Below, piece by piece: positions 20,615 to 37,522 of a stretch of DNA of 64,000 bases. The first letter of the stretch is position 1; each line of letters begins with the position of its first letter. Below the pieces are notes generated by a model. That model searched no databases. It was not told the DNA's origin and saw nothing but the letters and a program-made list of their open reading frames with translations. Source of the stretch: Methylocystaceae bacterium (lineage in GTDB: Bacteria; Pseudomonadota; Alphaproteobacteria; Rhizobiales; Beijerinckiaceae); assembly GCA_009773555.1 (NCBI GenBank), contig WSXZ01000021.1:574-64573 (forward strand), read 5' to 3'. Position numbers and translations under genes: made by a program.

Positions 20615-21694
20615 ATGACCGACCTCGCCAAACTCGAAGAAGATACGCTGCGCCAAATCGACGAGGCCGCCGACGAGGCGGCGCTCGAAGCCGTGCGCCT
20701 CGCCTCGCTCGGCAAGAAGGGCGCGATTTCGGCGCTGCTCGCGACGCTGGGCAAAATGTCGCCCGAGGAGCGCAAGACCGAGGGCGCGAAGATCAACGCG
20801 CTAAAAGACAAGGCGGCCGAGGCGATCGCCGTCCGACGCGAACGGCTTGCTGAAGCGGCTTTGGAAGCGCGCCTTACGGCCGAGACGCTCGATATGACGC
20901 TGCCTGCGCCGGCGGGTCCGCTGGAGCGCGGGCGCATCCATCCGATTTCGCAGGTCACCGACGAGCTCTCCATCATCTTCGCCGACATGGGCTTCGCCGT
21001 CGCCGAGGGGCCGGATATCGAGAGCGACGACTATAATTTCACCAAGCTCAACTTTCCCGAAGGCCATCCCGCGCGGGAGATGCAGGACACGTTCTTTCTG
21101 ACCGCCGAGTCAGGAGAGAAACGGTTGCTGCGCACCCATACGAGCCCGGTGCAGGTGCGCACAATGCTGTCGCAGGCCCCGCCGATACGGGTCATCTGCC
21201 CTGGCCGGGTCTATCGCTGCGACTTCGACCAGACGCATACGCCGATGTTCCATCAGATCGAAGGACTCGTCATCGATGAGACGACGCATCTTGGGCATCT
21301 CAAATGGACGCTGGAAGAATTTTTAAGGAGCTTCTTTGAGGTGAAGGGCGTCAAGCTGCGCTTTCGTCCCTCCTTCTTCCCCTTCACCGAACCGTCGATG
21401 GAGGTGGACGTTCAGTGCCGGCGCCAGGGCGGCGAAATCCGCTTCGGCGAGGGCGAGGACTGGATGGAGATTCTGGGCTGCGGCATGGTGCATCCCAATG
21501 TGCTGAGAAACTGCGGCATCGATCCGGACCGTTATCAGGGCTTCGCCTTCGGCGTCGGCGTCGACCGCCTCGCCATGCTGAAATATGGCATGTCGGATCT
21601 GCGCGCCTTCTTCGACGCTGATACGCGCTGGCTGGAGCACTATGGGTTCAGGCCGCTCGATTTCCCGACGCTCGCGGGCGGATTGAGCAGCTAG
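20615..21694 (+). CDS. pheS: Phenylalanine--tRNA ligase alpha subunit
   Basis: Class II aaRS motifs [12 protein letters not shown] and [14 protein letters not shown]. The product is ~359 aa from MTDLAKLEE; the upstream ORF extension runs into repeat B. Confidence 0.92.
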   Translation: MTDLAKLEEDTLRQIDEAADEAALEAVRLASLGKKGAISALLATLGKMSPEERKTEGAKINALKDKAAEAIAVRRERLAEAALEARLTAETLDMTLPAPAGPLERGRIHPISQVTDELSIIFADMGFAVAEGPDIESDDYNFTKLNFPEGHPAREMQDTFFLTAESGEKRLLRTHTSPVQVRTMLSQAPPIRVICPGRVYRCDFDQTHTPMFHQIEGLVIDETTHLGHLKWTLEEFLRSFFEVKGVKLRFRPSFFPFTEPSMEVDVQCRRQGGEIRFGEGEDWMEILGCGMVHPNVLRNCGIDPDRYQGFAFGVGVDRLAMLKYGMSDLRAFFDADTRWLEHYGFRPLDFPTLAGGLSS

Positions 21695-21695
21695 A

Positions 21696-21932
21696 ATGCC
21701 AACGGTGCTGAGGTGGAAGGGTTACCGCTTCTTCTTCTATTCTGCGGATGGTTGGGAGCCGGCGCACGTCCATGTGACGAAAGACGCGAAGGAAGCGAAA
21801 ATCTGGCTTGAGAACGTTAGCGTCGCCGTAAATATGGGCTTTACGGCCCAGGATCTGAACGAGATCGTGAAAAAGACGCGCGAGGAGCGTGAGTCCTTTC
21901 TGAGGTCGTGGAATGACTACTTTGCAAATTGA
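21696..21932 (+). CDS. DUF4160 domain protein
   Basis: YRFFFYSADGWEPAHVHV is the hallmark DUF4160 segment. The gene starts 1 nt after the pheS stop. Confidence 0.7.
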   Translation: MPTVLRWKGYRFFFYSADGWEPAHVHVTKDAKEAKIWLENVSVAVNMGFTAQDLNEIVKKTREERESFLRSWNDYFAN

Positions 21933-22188
21933 AGTCGAAGACGCCCGTCCTACCGAGGCGTCATGCGACGACAGCTTCCTCACTGTCGCACTTGCCGACG
22001 GTCGCATATTGCGCGCGCCGCTGTGGTGGTATCCTCGTCTCGCTCAGGCTTCGCCCGAAGCGCGTCGCTTCGTCGAGCTGTCTCCTATGGGGATGCACTG
22101 GCCGCAGATCGACGAAGATATCAGCGTCGCGAGCATGCTGCGCGGGCAGAAGGCGCCAGGCGCGGTCTCGCCGGAGAGAGCCGCTTGA
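21913..22188 (+). CDS. DUF2442 domain protein
   Basis: LTVALADGRILRAPLWWYPRL...MHWPQIDEDISVASMLRG matches the DUF2442 pattern. It overlaps the DUF4160 gene by 20 nt. Confidence 0.7.
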   Translation: MTTLQIEVEDARPTEASCDDSFLTVALADGRILRAPLWWYPRLAQASPEARRFVELSPMGMHWPQIDEDISVASMLRGQKAPGAVSPERAA

Positions 22189-22270
22189 CCGCGCTCGCTA
22201 TTGCGCAGCAGAGACAGGCTCGCCGCACTCCGGGCACCGGCGGATTGAGCAGCTAACGACAATCTTTCCG

Positions 22271-22406
22271 CGTCATGGCCGGGCTTGTCCCGGCCATCCA
22301 CGTAACGCCGAACAGTAATAGAGACACGAAACCAGAATGGCGCCGCTCACTTTCATTATTCCGCAGCCTCACGACGTGGATGCCCGCGACAAGCGCGGGC
22401 ATGACG
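22271..22406. repeat. Intergenic hairpin repeat family A (two inverted units)
   Basis: cgtcatggccgggcttgtcccggccatccacgt at 22271..22303, and cgtggatgcccgcgacaagcgcgggcatgacg at 22375..22406. Confidence 0.8.
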
Positions 22407-22449
22407 AGCCCTTGGCGCCTGCGCTCGACAACTTCAAAGTTCTCAACAA

Positions 22450-24811
22450 ATGAAACTCACGCTCTCCTGGCTCAAGGAACATCTCGACACGTCGGCCTCG
22501 CTCAGCGAGATCGTCGAAACGCTGACGCGCATCGGCCTTGAGGTCGAATATGTGCACGACCCGGCCGCGCAACTTAAAGACTTCACCATCGCGCGGGTGA
22601 TCGAGGCAAAGCCGCATCCGAACGCCGACCGCTTGCGCGTCTGCATGGTCGATACCGGAAACGGCGCGCCGGTGCAGGTGGTCTGCGGCGCGCCCAACGC
22701 CCGCACCGGCATGAAGAGCGTCTTCTCGGCGCCGGGAACCTTCATTCCAGGAAAGAAGATAACGCTCGGCAAGGGCGTCATCCGCGGCGTCGAGTCGCTC
22801 GGCATGCTGTGCTCTGCGGCCGAACTCGAACTTTCCAACGATCATGAAGGCATCATCGATCGATCCGATCATCGAGATCAATCTGACGCCCAATCGCCCC
22901 GACGCCGCCGGCGTCTACGGCATTGCGCGCGACCTCGCGGCGGCGGGGCTCGGCGTCCTCAAGACCAAGGACATTCCGCCAATCGACGGCAAATTCCCCT
23001 GCCCGGTCGGCGTGACTCTCGACTTCACGCAAGAGGACAAGCATCTCGCGCCCTTCTTCGGCCTTCGCCTCGTGCGCGGCGTCAAGAATGGACCCAGCCC
23101 CGCCTGGCTGCAGGCGAGGTTGCGCGAAATCGGCCTTCGTCCGATCAACGCGCTGGTCGACGTCACCAACTTCCTCACCTTCGATCGCGCACGGCCGCTG
23201 CATGTCTTCGACGCGAAAAAGGTGAAGGGCGATCTCGTCGTGCGCCGCGCGAAGATGGGCGAGAGCCTGCATGCGCTCGACGGACGGACATACGAACTTG
23301 ACGAGAGCATGGTGGTCATCTGCGACGACAATGGTCCTGAATCGCTTGCGGGCGTGATGGGCGGCGAGGCTTCCGGCTGCGATGACTCGACGACCGACGT
23401 GCTGATCGAGACGGCGCTTTGGGACCCGATGAATATCGCGCACACCGGCCGCAAGCTCGGCATTGTCACCGACGCGCGCTACCGTTTCGAGCGCGGCGTT
23501 GATCCGGCCTTTGCGCTGCCGGGGATCGAGCTTGCGACGCAGCTCGTGCTGGAATTCTGCGGCGGCGAGCCGTCCGAACTCACGCTCGCGGGCGAACTGC
23601 CGCTGCTCTCGCGCGCGATCAACTTCCCCTGGAGCGAAACCAGGCGGCTCACTGGCCTCGACGCGCCGCGTGAAGACGCGGCGAAGATTCTCGAGCGCCT
23701 CGGCTTCAGCGTCGAGAGCGCCGGCGCCGACATCGCCCATGTCGCCGCGCCAAGCTGGCGTCCGGATATCGAGGGCAAGGCCGACATCGTCGAGGAAATC
23801 GTCCGGATGATCGGCGTCGACAATGTGCCTTCGACGCCGCTGCCGCGCGCGGAGGGAGTCGCGCCGCCCGTCCTGACCATGATGCAGAAGCGCGCCCGCA
23901 ACGCGCGCCGCGCGCTCGCCGGCCAAGGCCTCGTCGAGGCGGTGATCTGGTCCTTCGTCTCCAAGGAGCAGGCGGAGGCGTTTGGCGGCGGCAAGCCGTC
24001 GCTGGCGCTCGCCAATCCGATCGCCGCCGATCTTTCCGACATGCGGCCGAGCCTGTTGCCGGGCCTCGTCGCTGCCGCCGGACGCAACGCCGCGCGCGGG
24101 CTTGGCGATCAGAACCTGTTCGAAGTCGGCCAGATCTTCTTCGATGCGACGGAGACCGGCCAGCGCCTCGCGGCGGCGGGCGTGCGGCGCGGACTCGCCG
24201 GAGCCGGGCGTCACTGGTCAGCGCCGGCGCGGGAGGCCGGCGCTTTCGACGCCAAGACCGACGCCATGGCGCTGCTGAATGCGCTCGGCGTCGCGACCGG
24301 CGGTCTGCAGATCGTTCCGGGCGGCCCGCCATGGTTCCATCCCGGACGCTCGGCGACGCTGCAATTCGGACCGAAGAACATCGTCGGCCATTACGGCGAA
24401 CTGCACCCGCGCGCGTTGAAAATCATGGACGTCGAAGGGCCGGTGGCGGCTTTCGAGATCATTCTCGACGCGCTCCCCGCGCCCAAGGCGAAGCCGACGA
24501 AGATCAAGCCGAAGCTGGAGATTTCGGATCTTCAGCCGGTTTCCCGCGATTTCGCCTTTATCGTCGATCGCACAGCGGCTGCCGGCGATCTGGTGAAGGC
24601 GGCGCAGGGCGCCGATCGGACCCTGATCGCCGATGTCGCCGTCTTCGACGTCTATGAAGGCAAGGGCGTCCCCGAGGGCAAAAAATCGATCGGCGTCGCT
24701 GTCACGCTGCAGCCGCGCGAAAAGACTCTGACGGACGCGGAGATCGAGGCGGTGGCGCAGAAGATCGTGGCGGAGGCGCAAAAGAAATGCGGCGCGACGC
24801 TGAGGGGATGA
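22450..24811 (+). CDS. pheT: Phenylalanine--tRNA ligase beta subunit, reading frame interrupted near 22861
   Basis: The N-terminal tRNA-binding OB domain ([12 protein letters not shown]...DHEGIID) is in frame 1. The remainder ([14 protein letters not shown]... to the end) is in frame 2, covered by ORFs 22450..23301 and 22844..24811. Confidence 0.85.
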
Positions 24812-24834
24812 CTAACCACTATTTCAAAGCAAGC

Positions 24835-24916
24835 CGTCATTGCGAGCGAAGCGAAGCAATCCAGCGCTTTGAGGCCGCCCCTGGATTGCTTCGTCGCGAC
24901 GCTCCTCGCAATGACG
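24835..24916. repeat. Intergenic palindromic repeat family B
   Basis: cgtcattgcgagcgaagcgaagcaatccag ... ctggattgcttcgtcgcgacgctcctcgcaatgacg. Confidence 0.8.
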
Positions 24917-24933
24917 CCCGCATTTTTAGCGCC

Positions 24934-25227
24934 ATGTTCTTCGCCGCGTCGCTCCTCTTCGCCACTTCCGCGCTCGCCGCGCCGCGAAGCATCGACGATT
25001 GCGAAGCGATCAAGGAGGCGGACTCCTATAACCGCTGCCTCGCCTCCTTCGGGCCGATGCGCGGCCAGCATGGAGCGACCTATCCCGGCGTCGCCGCCGA
25101 AGGCGGCCACAGCGGGAAAGCAGCGGGCCACAGCGCCGCTCGCTCCCGCTGGCGCGGCGGCGGCGCCCATATTTCCTCCGGCCGCGGCGGACGTATGCGG
25201 ATGGAGTTCACGCCAAGGCGCCAATGA
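24934..25227 (+). CDS. Small secreted Gly/Arg-rich hypothetical protein
   Basis: Signal-like MFFAASLLFATSALAAP. The upstream part of the ORF lies in repeat B and is unlikely to be translated. Confidence 0.4.
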   Translation: MFFAASLLFATSALAAPRSIDDCEAIKEADSYNRCLASFGPMRGQHGATYPGVAAEGGHSGKAAGHSAARSRWRGGGAHISSGRGGRMRMEFTPRRQ

Positions 25228-25236
25228 ATACAGACG

Positions 25237-26082
25237 ATGGAGGGCAGCTTGACGACAATAACTGATTTAGAAGCAATCATTGTCTTCGACGAATCTTTAA
25301 CCACGGGCGACAATTATGATATTATCCAATCTAACATCGACTTTATAAACGACATGCTTGGCCTGTTATACAGGCAAGAGGAAATATCCTATCAGGCGAT
25401 GTTAAGCTACTGGGTTGATTACTATCTCACGCAAATGAACAACGGCGGGTTCCCCCAATTCGTTCACAACTCAGGCTGGCCTTCTTTCGGAATACAGTGT
25501 GTTCGAAACGGTCTGCAAGCAATTGGCGCGGCTAAACATTCCAAACTATTCGAAAAAGGCGCGGCATTAGTAGCTACGCTCACCCCAGAACGGCTACAAG
25601 CTTTTTCGCAGGCAGACATCGATACTTATGTCGCCAGCCCGGAACTGCCTATCCTAGATTTTATCAGCGACGATTTTTTTCGAATCAATGAGGAAGAAGA
25701 CCTCATTGAACTCAACTCAGCTTGGCTAAAAGGGCATCCCGCGCTGGTAATAGCGAGCGGCGAACAGATAGACGCTGAAATCGAGAGGCGCGCTGATTGC
25801 GTTCCGGATCAGGCCGCGAGGATTGCTATGCGAGCTAAAGCCCGACGCGATCACAAAATCATCCTGGCTTTATGCGCCGAGGCGAACCAAAAGCTTGAAA
25901 CAGTCACTGCGAGTGTTAGCCAGGAATTTAATGGCGCCCGAAGAACGGCTTGGCATTTCGTCACGGATCAAGGCCATTTCTATATGATCGACGAAGGAGA
26001 CAAGGCTTTTATGGTCCGGGACCGTTTCAACAACATTGTTTGTGAAATAGACGTATCCAAATTGCAGATCAGCCAGTCTTGA
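25237..26082 (+). CDS. DUF4375 / DMP19-like domain protein (AT-richer orphan gene)
   Basis: SYWVDYYLTQMNNGGFPQFVHNSGW...GLQAIGA resembles the DMP19 C-terminal domain signature. Codon usage is clearly AT-richer than in the neighbouring genes. Confidence 0.55.
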   Translation: MEGSLTTITDLEAIIVFDESLTTGDNYDIIQSNIDFINDMLGLLYRQEEISYQAMLSYWVDYYLTQMNNGGFPQFVHNSGWPSFGIQCVRNGLQAIGAAKHSKLFEKGAALVATLTPERLQAFSQADIDTYVASPELPILDFISDDFFRINEEEDLIELNSAWLKGHPALVIASGEQIDAEIERRADCVPDQAARIAMRAKARRDHKIILALCAEANQKLETVTASVSQEFNGARRTAWHFVTDQGHFYMIDEGDKAFMVRDRFNNIVCEIDVSKLQISQS

Positions 26083-26399
26083 GGTCACGAGGTGGCGGAA
26101 ATCCCGAATTTTCCCCTTGGCAAACTGCTCCACTCCCCTTAAATAGACGATCCGGGGCTGGCCAATCGACTTGCGGCCCCATTTCAGTTTTGAGCTTCCG
26201 CCTCGACTCAAGTCCCTACAGGGCTTAGGAAAAGGCGGTGGATAGGCCGGCGGACCCGGGGGTTCTCCCTCGTGTCCCGTCCGGCCATGTCCTGTCCGAG
26301 ACTGCCGGCGCACGCAAGGGGTTTTACCCTGTAGCGGCTCAATCGGCCCAAGGGAAGGCGGAGCGATCCGTCGTCTTAAAGGCGGCCTGCACAGACGGG

Positions 26400-26578
26400 G
26401 AAACCGGAATTTTAGAGGCCGCAAACGGGCTTCCCGCGTGCGTCCTTCGAATTTGGTTCGCGCCCCTTCAACCGCCGCGGCGTTGCGCCGTGACGGGGAC
26501 AGGATCTACGGCGTCGCTCGCCTCAAGCGAGCGGCATGTCGCAACCGGCGGGATTTCCCGCCAGTAGAGAGAGCAACC
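26400..26578 (+). promoter_or_regulatory. Candidate rplJ 5' leader (L10 autoregulatory leader); boundaries approximate
   Basis: A ~500-bp non-coding GC-rich structured region lies directly upstream of rplJ. L10(L12)4 leaders are known at this position. The structure was not verified. Confidence 0.3.
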
Positions 26579-27094
26579 GTGGACAGAGCGGAGAAAAAGG
26601 AAGCGGTCGCGGCGTTACGCGAAGTCTTTTCGAAGACCGGCGTCGTCGTCGTCGCTCACTACTCCGGCCTGACCGTGGCCCAGCTGCAAAACCTGCGCAA
26701 GCAGGCCCGCAACGCTGGCGCGACGGTTCAGGTCGCGAAGAACCGCCTCGCCAAGATCGCTCTCGATGGCGCCGACGTCGCCTCTATCGCGCCCCTGCTC
26801 AAGGGGCCGACCCTGATCGCCTATTCGGACGATCCGGTGGCGGCGCCGAAAGTCGCCGTGGCCTTCGCCAAGGACAACAACAAGTTTGTCATCCTGGGCG
26901 GCGCCATGGGCAAGACTGCTCTGAATCCGGACAGCGTCAAGTCGCTTGCGACGATGCCGTCCCTCGACGAACTGCGCGCCAAGCTCGTGGGCCTTATCCA
27001 GGCGCCCGCGACCAAGATCGCTCAGCTCTCGACCGCGCCAGCCGCCAAGCTCGCGCGCGTCTTCGGAGCCTACGCCAATCGAGACGCGGCCTAA
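26579..27094 (+). CDS. rplJ: 50S ribosomal protein L10
   Basis: GTG start gives [17 protein letters not shown]..., a typical L10 N-terminus. rplL lies immediately downstream. Confidence 0.92.
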   Translation: MDRAEKKEAVAALREVFSKTGVVVVAHYSGLTVAQLQNLRKQARNAGATVQVAKNRLAKIALDGADVASIAPLLKGPTLIAYSDDPVAAPKVAVAFAKDNNKFVILGGAMGKTALNPDSVKSLATMPSLDELRAKLVGLIQAPATKIAQLSTAPAAKLARVFGAYANRDAA

Positions 27095-27136
27095 GAGGCC
27101 GAGAACCAGACAAACCAAATTCAAAGGACGCAACAA

Positions 27137-27514
27137 ATGGCAAATCTCGAAAAAATCGTCGAAGACCTCTCGGCGCTGACCGTCCTCGAGGCGGCTGAGC
27201 TCGCGAAACTCCTTGAGGAGAAGTGGGGCGTTTCCGCCGCCGCCGCCGTCGCCGTCGCCGCCGCTCCGGGCGCCGCCGCCGCTGCGCCGGTCGCGGAAGA
27301 GAAGACCGAGTTCAACGTGATCCTGGCCGCGACCGGCGAGAAGAAGATCGAGGTCATCAAGGAGGTCCGCGCGATCACCGGCCTCGGCCTGAAGGAAGCC
27401 AAGGACCTGGTCGAAGGCGCGCCCAAGCCCATCAAGGAAGGCGTGAACAAGGACGAGGCCGAGAAGATCAAGGCCGCCCTCGAAAAGGTCGGCGCCAAGG
27501 TCGAACTCAAGTAA
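27137..27514 (+). CDS. rplL: 50S ribosomal protein L7/L12
   Basis: 125 aa with an Ala-rich hinge and the C-terminal domain [18 protein letters not shown]...KVELK. Confidence 0.95.
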   Translation: MANLEKIVEDLSALTVLEAAELAKLLEEKWGVSAAAAVAVAAAPGAAAAAPVAEEKTEFNVILAATGEKKIEVIKEVRAITGLGLKEAKDLVEGAPKPIKEGVNKDEAEKIKAALEKVGAKVELK

Positions 27515-27520
27515 TTCCTC

Positions 27521-27573
27521 CGCCGCCTTTTGGCGGCGTTGCGATCGTCGCAGCCCCGGCGCGCCGGGGCTGC
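27521..27573 (+). terminator. Two GC-rich hairpins between rplL and rpoB (attenuator-type partial terminator)
   Basis: cgccgcc-tttt-ggcggcg at 27521..27538, and the perfect palindrome gcagccccggcgcgccggggctgc at 27550..27573. The U-tract is weak. Confidence 0.5.
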
Positions 27574-27695
27574 GGCCAATAAACAAAAGGCGCTCACGGA
27601 CGCGGGAATTTTGCCGCTATGAGGAGCGCCTGACGGGCAAGGACCTCTCGCAGCGGGACGGTCGGCTCAACGAAGAAAGAGGCTCGAAAAGCGAC

Positions 27696-31835
<4,140 letters not shown>

Positions 31836-31858
31836 TCCCTGTCGATGAAGCTGCAGAA

Positions 31859-31921
31859 CGTCATTGCGAACGAAGCGAAGCAATCTCGGATTGCTTCGCC
31901 GTTTCGCGTCTCGCGGCGACG
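31859..31921. repeat. Repeat family B copy (diverged right arm) inside the rpoB-rpoC spacer
   Basis: cgtcattgcgaacgaagcgaagcaatctcggattgcttcgcc... shares its left arm with the copies at 20491 and 24835. Confidence 0.65.
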
Positions 31922-31990
31922 TTCTGAATAAGGATTTCACGGCGCGCGGAAAAGCTCAAAGCCGCATTCGCAGCGCCTTAGGAGAAGACC

Positions 31991-36169
<4,179 letters not shown>

Positions 36170-36190
36170 GATCGCCTACACGCTAAGATC

Positions 36191-36222
36191 AAAAGGCCGC
36201 CCTCGCCGGGCGGCCTTTTTTG
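36191..36222 (+). terminator. Rho-independent terminator after rpoC
   Basis: 8-bp GC stem ggccgccc/gggcggcc with a 5-nt loop, followed by TTTTTT. The flanking A-tract makes it potentially bidirectional. Confidence 0.85.
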
Positions 36223-36288
36223 TTGGACGGACTCTCGCGTTAAACATTGAGGGTCCCGCCCTGCGACCCAGGGCGATCGGGTGGAGGG

Positions 36289-36418
36289 CTTCCTCATCCT
36301 GAGGAGCGTGCGCAGCACGCGTCTCGAAGGACGAGGAAGCCCGTTTTTCGCGTTTTTTTCCTCACCCTCGTCCTTCGAGACGCCGCCTGCGGCGGCTCCT
36401 CAGGATGAGGGTGAGGAA
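36289..36418. repeat. Repeat family C: two head-to-head inverted copies forming a composite palindrome
   Basis: ctcatcctgaggagc-N11-gcgtctcgaaggacgagg at 36292..36335, with its reverse complement at 36367..36410. Confidence 0.7.
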
Positions 36419-36520
36419 AACAATCTTCACCCGATTCCCTTGGCCGCGAACGCTCCACCCTTCCGATCGTGTCGCCGACGACATAGATTGCTGTCTGTGT
36501 CCTCCTTCCTGTCCTCCTCT

Positions 36521-36853
36521 ATGTCCCTGCCCGCTCGCGGCGCGCGCGCGCTGATATTCGTCTACCGGGTCACCTTCTCCGCCTTCGCGGGACGCTTCTG
36601 CCGCTATGCGCCCACCTGCTCCGAATACGCCGACGAAGCCATCGCGAAACATGGCTTATGGGCCGGGGGCTGGATGGGGTTCGCGCGCATCTGCCGTTGC
36701 CGTCCGGGCGGCGGCGCGGGTTACGATCCCACGCCCGAGACTCTGCGCGCCGACGCCAGCCCGCTGACGCCCTGGCGCTACGGCGTCTGGCGACAGCGCC
36801 CGTTTTGCGAAGCGGTCGAGTCTGAGCGCGAGACAGACTCCAGCTCGCTTTAA
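36521..36853 (+). CDS. yidD: Membrane protein insertion efficiency factor YidD
   Basis: CRYAPTCSEYADEAIAKHG...CRCRPGGGAGYDP is the YidD signature. The ORF-track N-terminal extension lies in repeat C. Confidence 0.8.
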   Translation: MSLPARGARALIFVYRVTFSAFAGRFCRYAPTCSEYADEAIAKHGLWAGGWMGFARICRCRPGGGAGYDPTPETLRADASPLTPWRYGVWRQRPFCEAVESERETDSSSL

Positions 36854-37419
36854 TTGAGCACGACGACTTTCGTCCCGACCTTCACGCGGCTGTAGAGATC
36901 GACGACGTCCTTGTTGGTCATGCGGATGCAGCCCGATGACACGGCGGCGCCGATCGTGTCCGGCTCGTTGGAGCCATGAATGCGATATTGGCTCGAGCCG
37001 AGGTAGAGCGCGCGCGCGCCAAGCGGATTTTCCATGCCGCCGGCCATGTGGCGCGGCAAATCCGGTCTGCGCTTGAGCATCTGCGGCGGCGGACTCCAGT
37101 CCGGCCACTCGCGCTTGCGCGAAATCGTTTTTTCGCCGGACCAGGTGAAGCCCATGCGGCCGACGCCGACGCCATATTCAATCGCGCGTCCGTCGCCGAG
37201 CACGTAATAAAGCCGACGGTCCTTGGTCGAGATGACGACCGTGCCGCGCTTGAATTGCGGATGGCGCCAATAGACGGCCTGCCGCGGTATCGCCTGCTCG
37301 CGAAAGACATTGAGGAAGTCGGCGAGCGGACCGCGATTGATCGGGCTGTCGAACGCCTGCGCCGGGGCCGCCGTGAAGAGAAGCGCGGCAAAAATGATCG
37401 ATCCGTTGTTTTGGCGCAT
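36850..37419 (-). CDS. L,D-transpeptidase (YkuD domain)
   Basis: Catalytic segment IHGSNEPDTIGAAVSSGCIRM, plus a signal peptide. Confidence 0.85.
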   Translation of the reverse strand: MRQNNGSIIFAALLFTAAPAQAFDSPINRGPLADFLNVFREQAIPRQAVYWRHPQFKRGTVVISTKDRRLYYVLGDGRAIEYGVGVGRMGFTWSGEKTISRKREWPDWSPPPQMLKRRPDLPRHMAGGMENPLGARALYLGSSQYRIHGSNEPDTIGAAVSSGCIRMTNKDVVDLYSRVKVGTKVVVLN

Positions 37420-37522
37420 GGTTGATCTCCCAAAAGCCGCGGAGAGAGCTTTTTGGGCGATTACGGCTGATTTCGGGTCGCCGATATTGGCGACGAGAAA
37501 ATCCCGCGCGCCGCTCGGCTGC

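Noticed and set aside
19273-20988. 571-aa minus-strand ORF spanning the phosphate acyltransferase gene, repeat B and the pheS start
   Set aside because: It crosses an intergenic repeat and two real genes on the other strand. There are no motifs.
25237-26082. Calling the AT-richer gene part of a genomic island or prophage
   Set aside because: No integrase, transposase, tRNA target or direct repeats flank it. Only compositional deviation is observed, so an island is not claimed.
26238-26567. ORFs (109 aa on the + strand, 184 aa on the - strand) in the region upstream of rplJ
   Set aside because: They have no motifs and overlap each other. The region is better explained as the rplJ promoter and leader.
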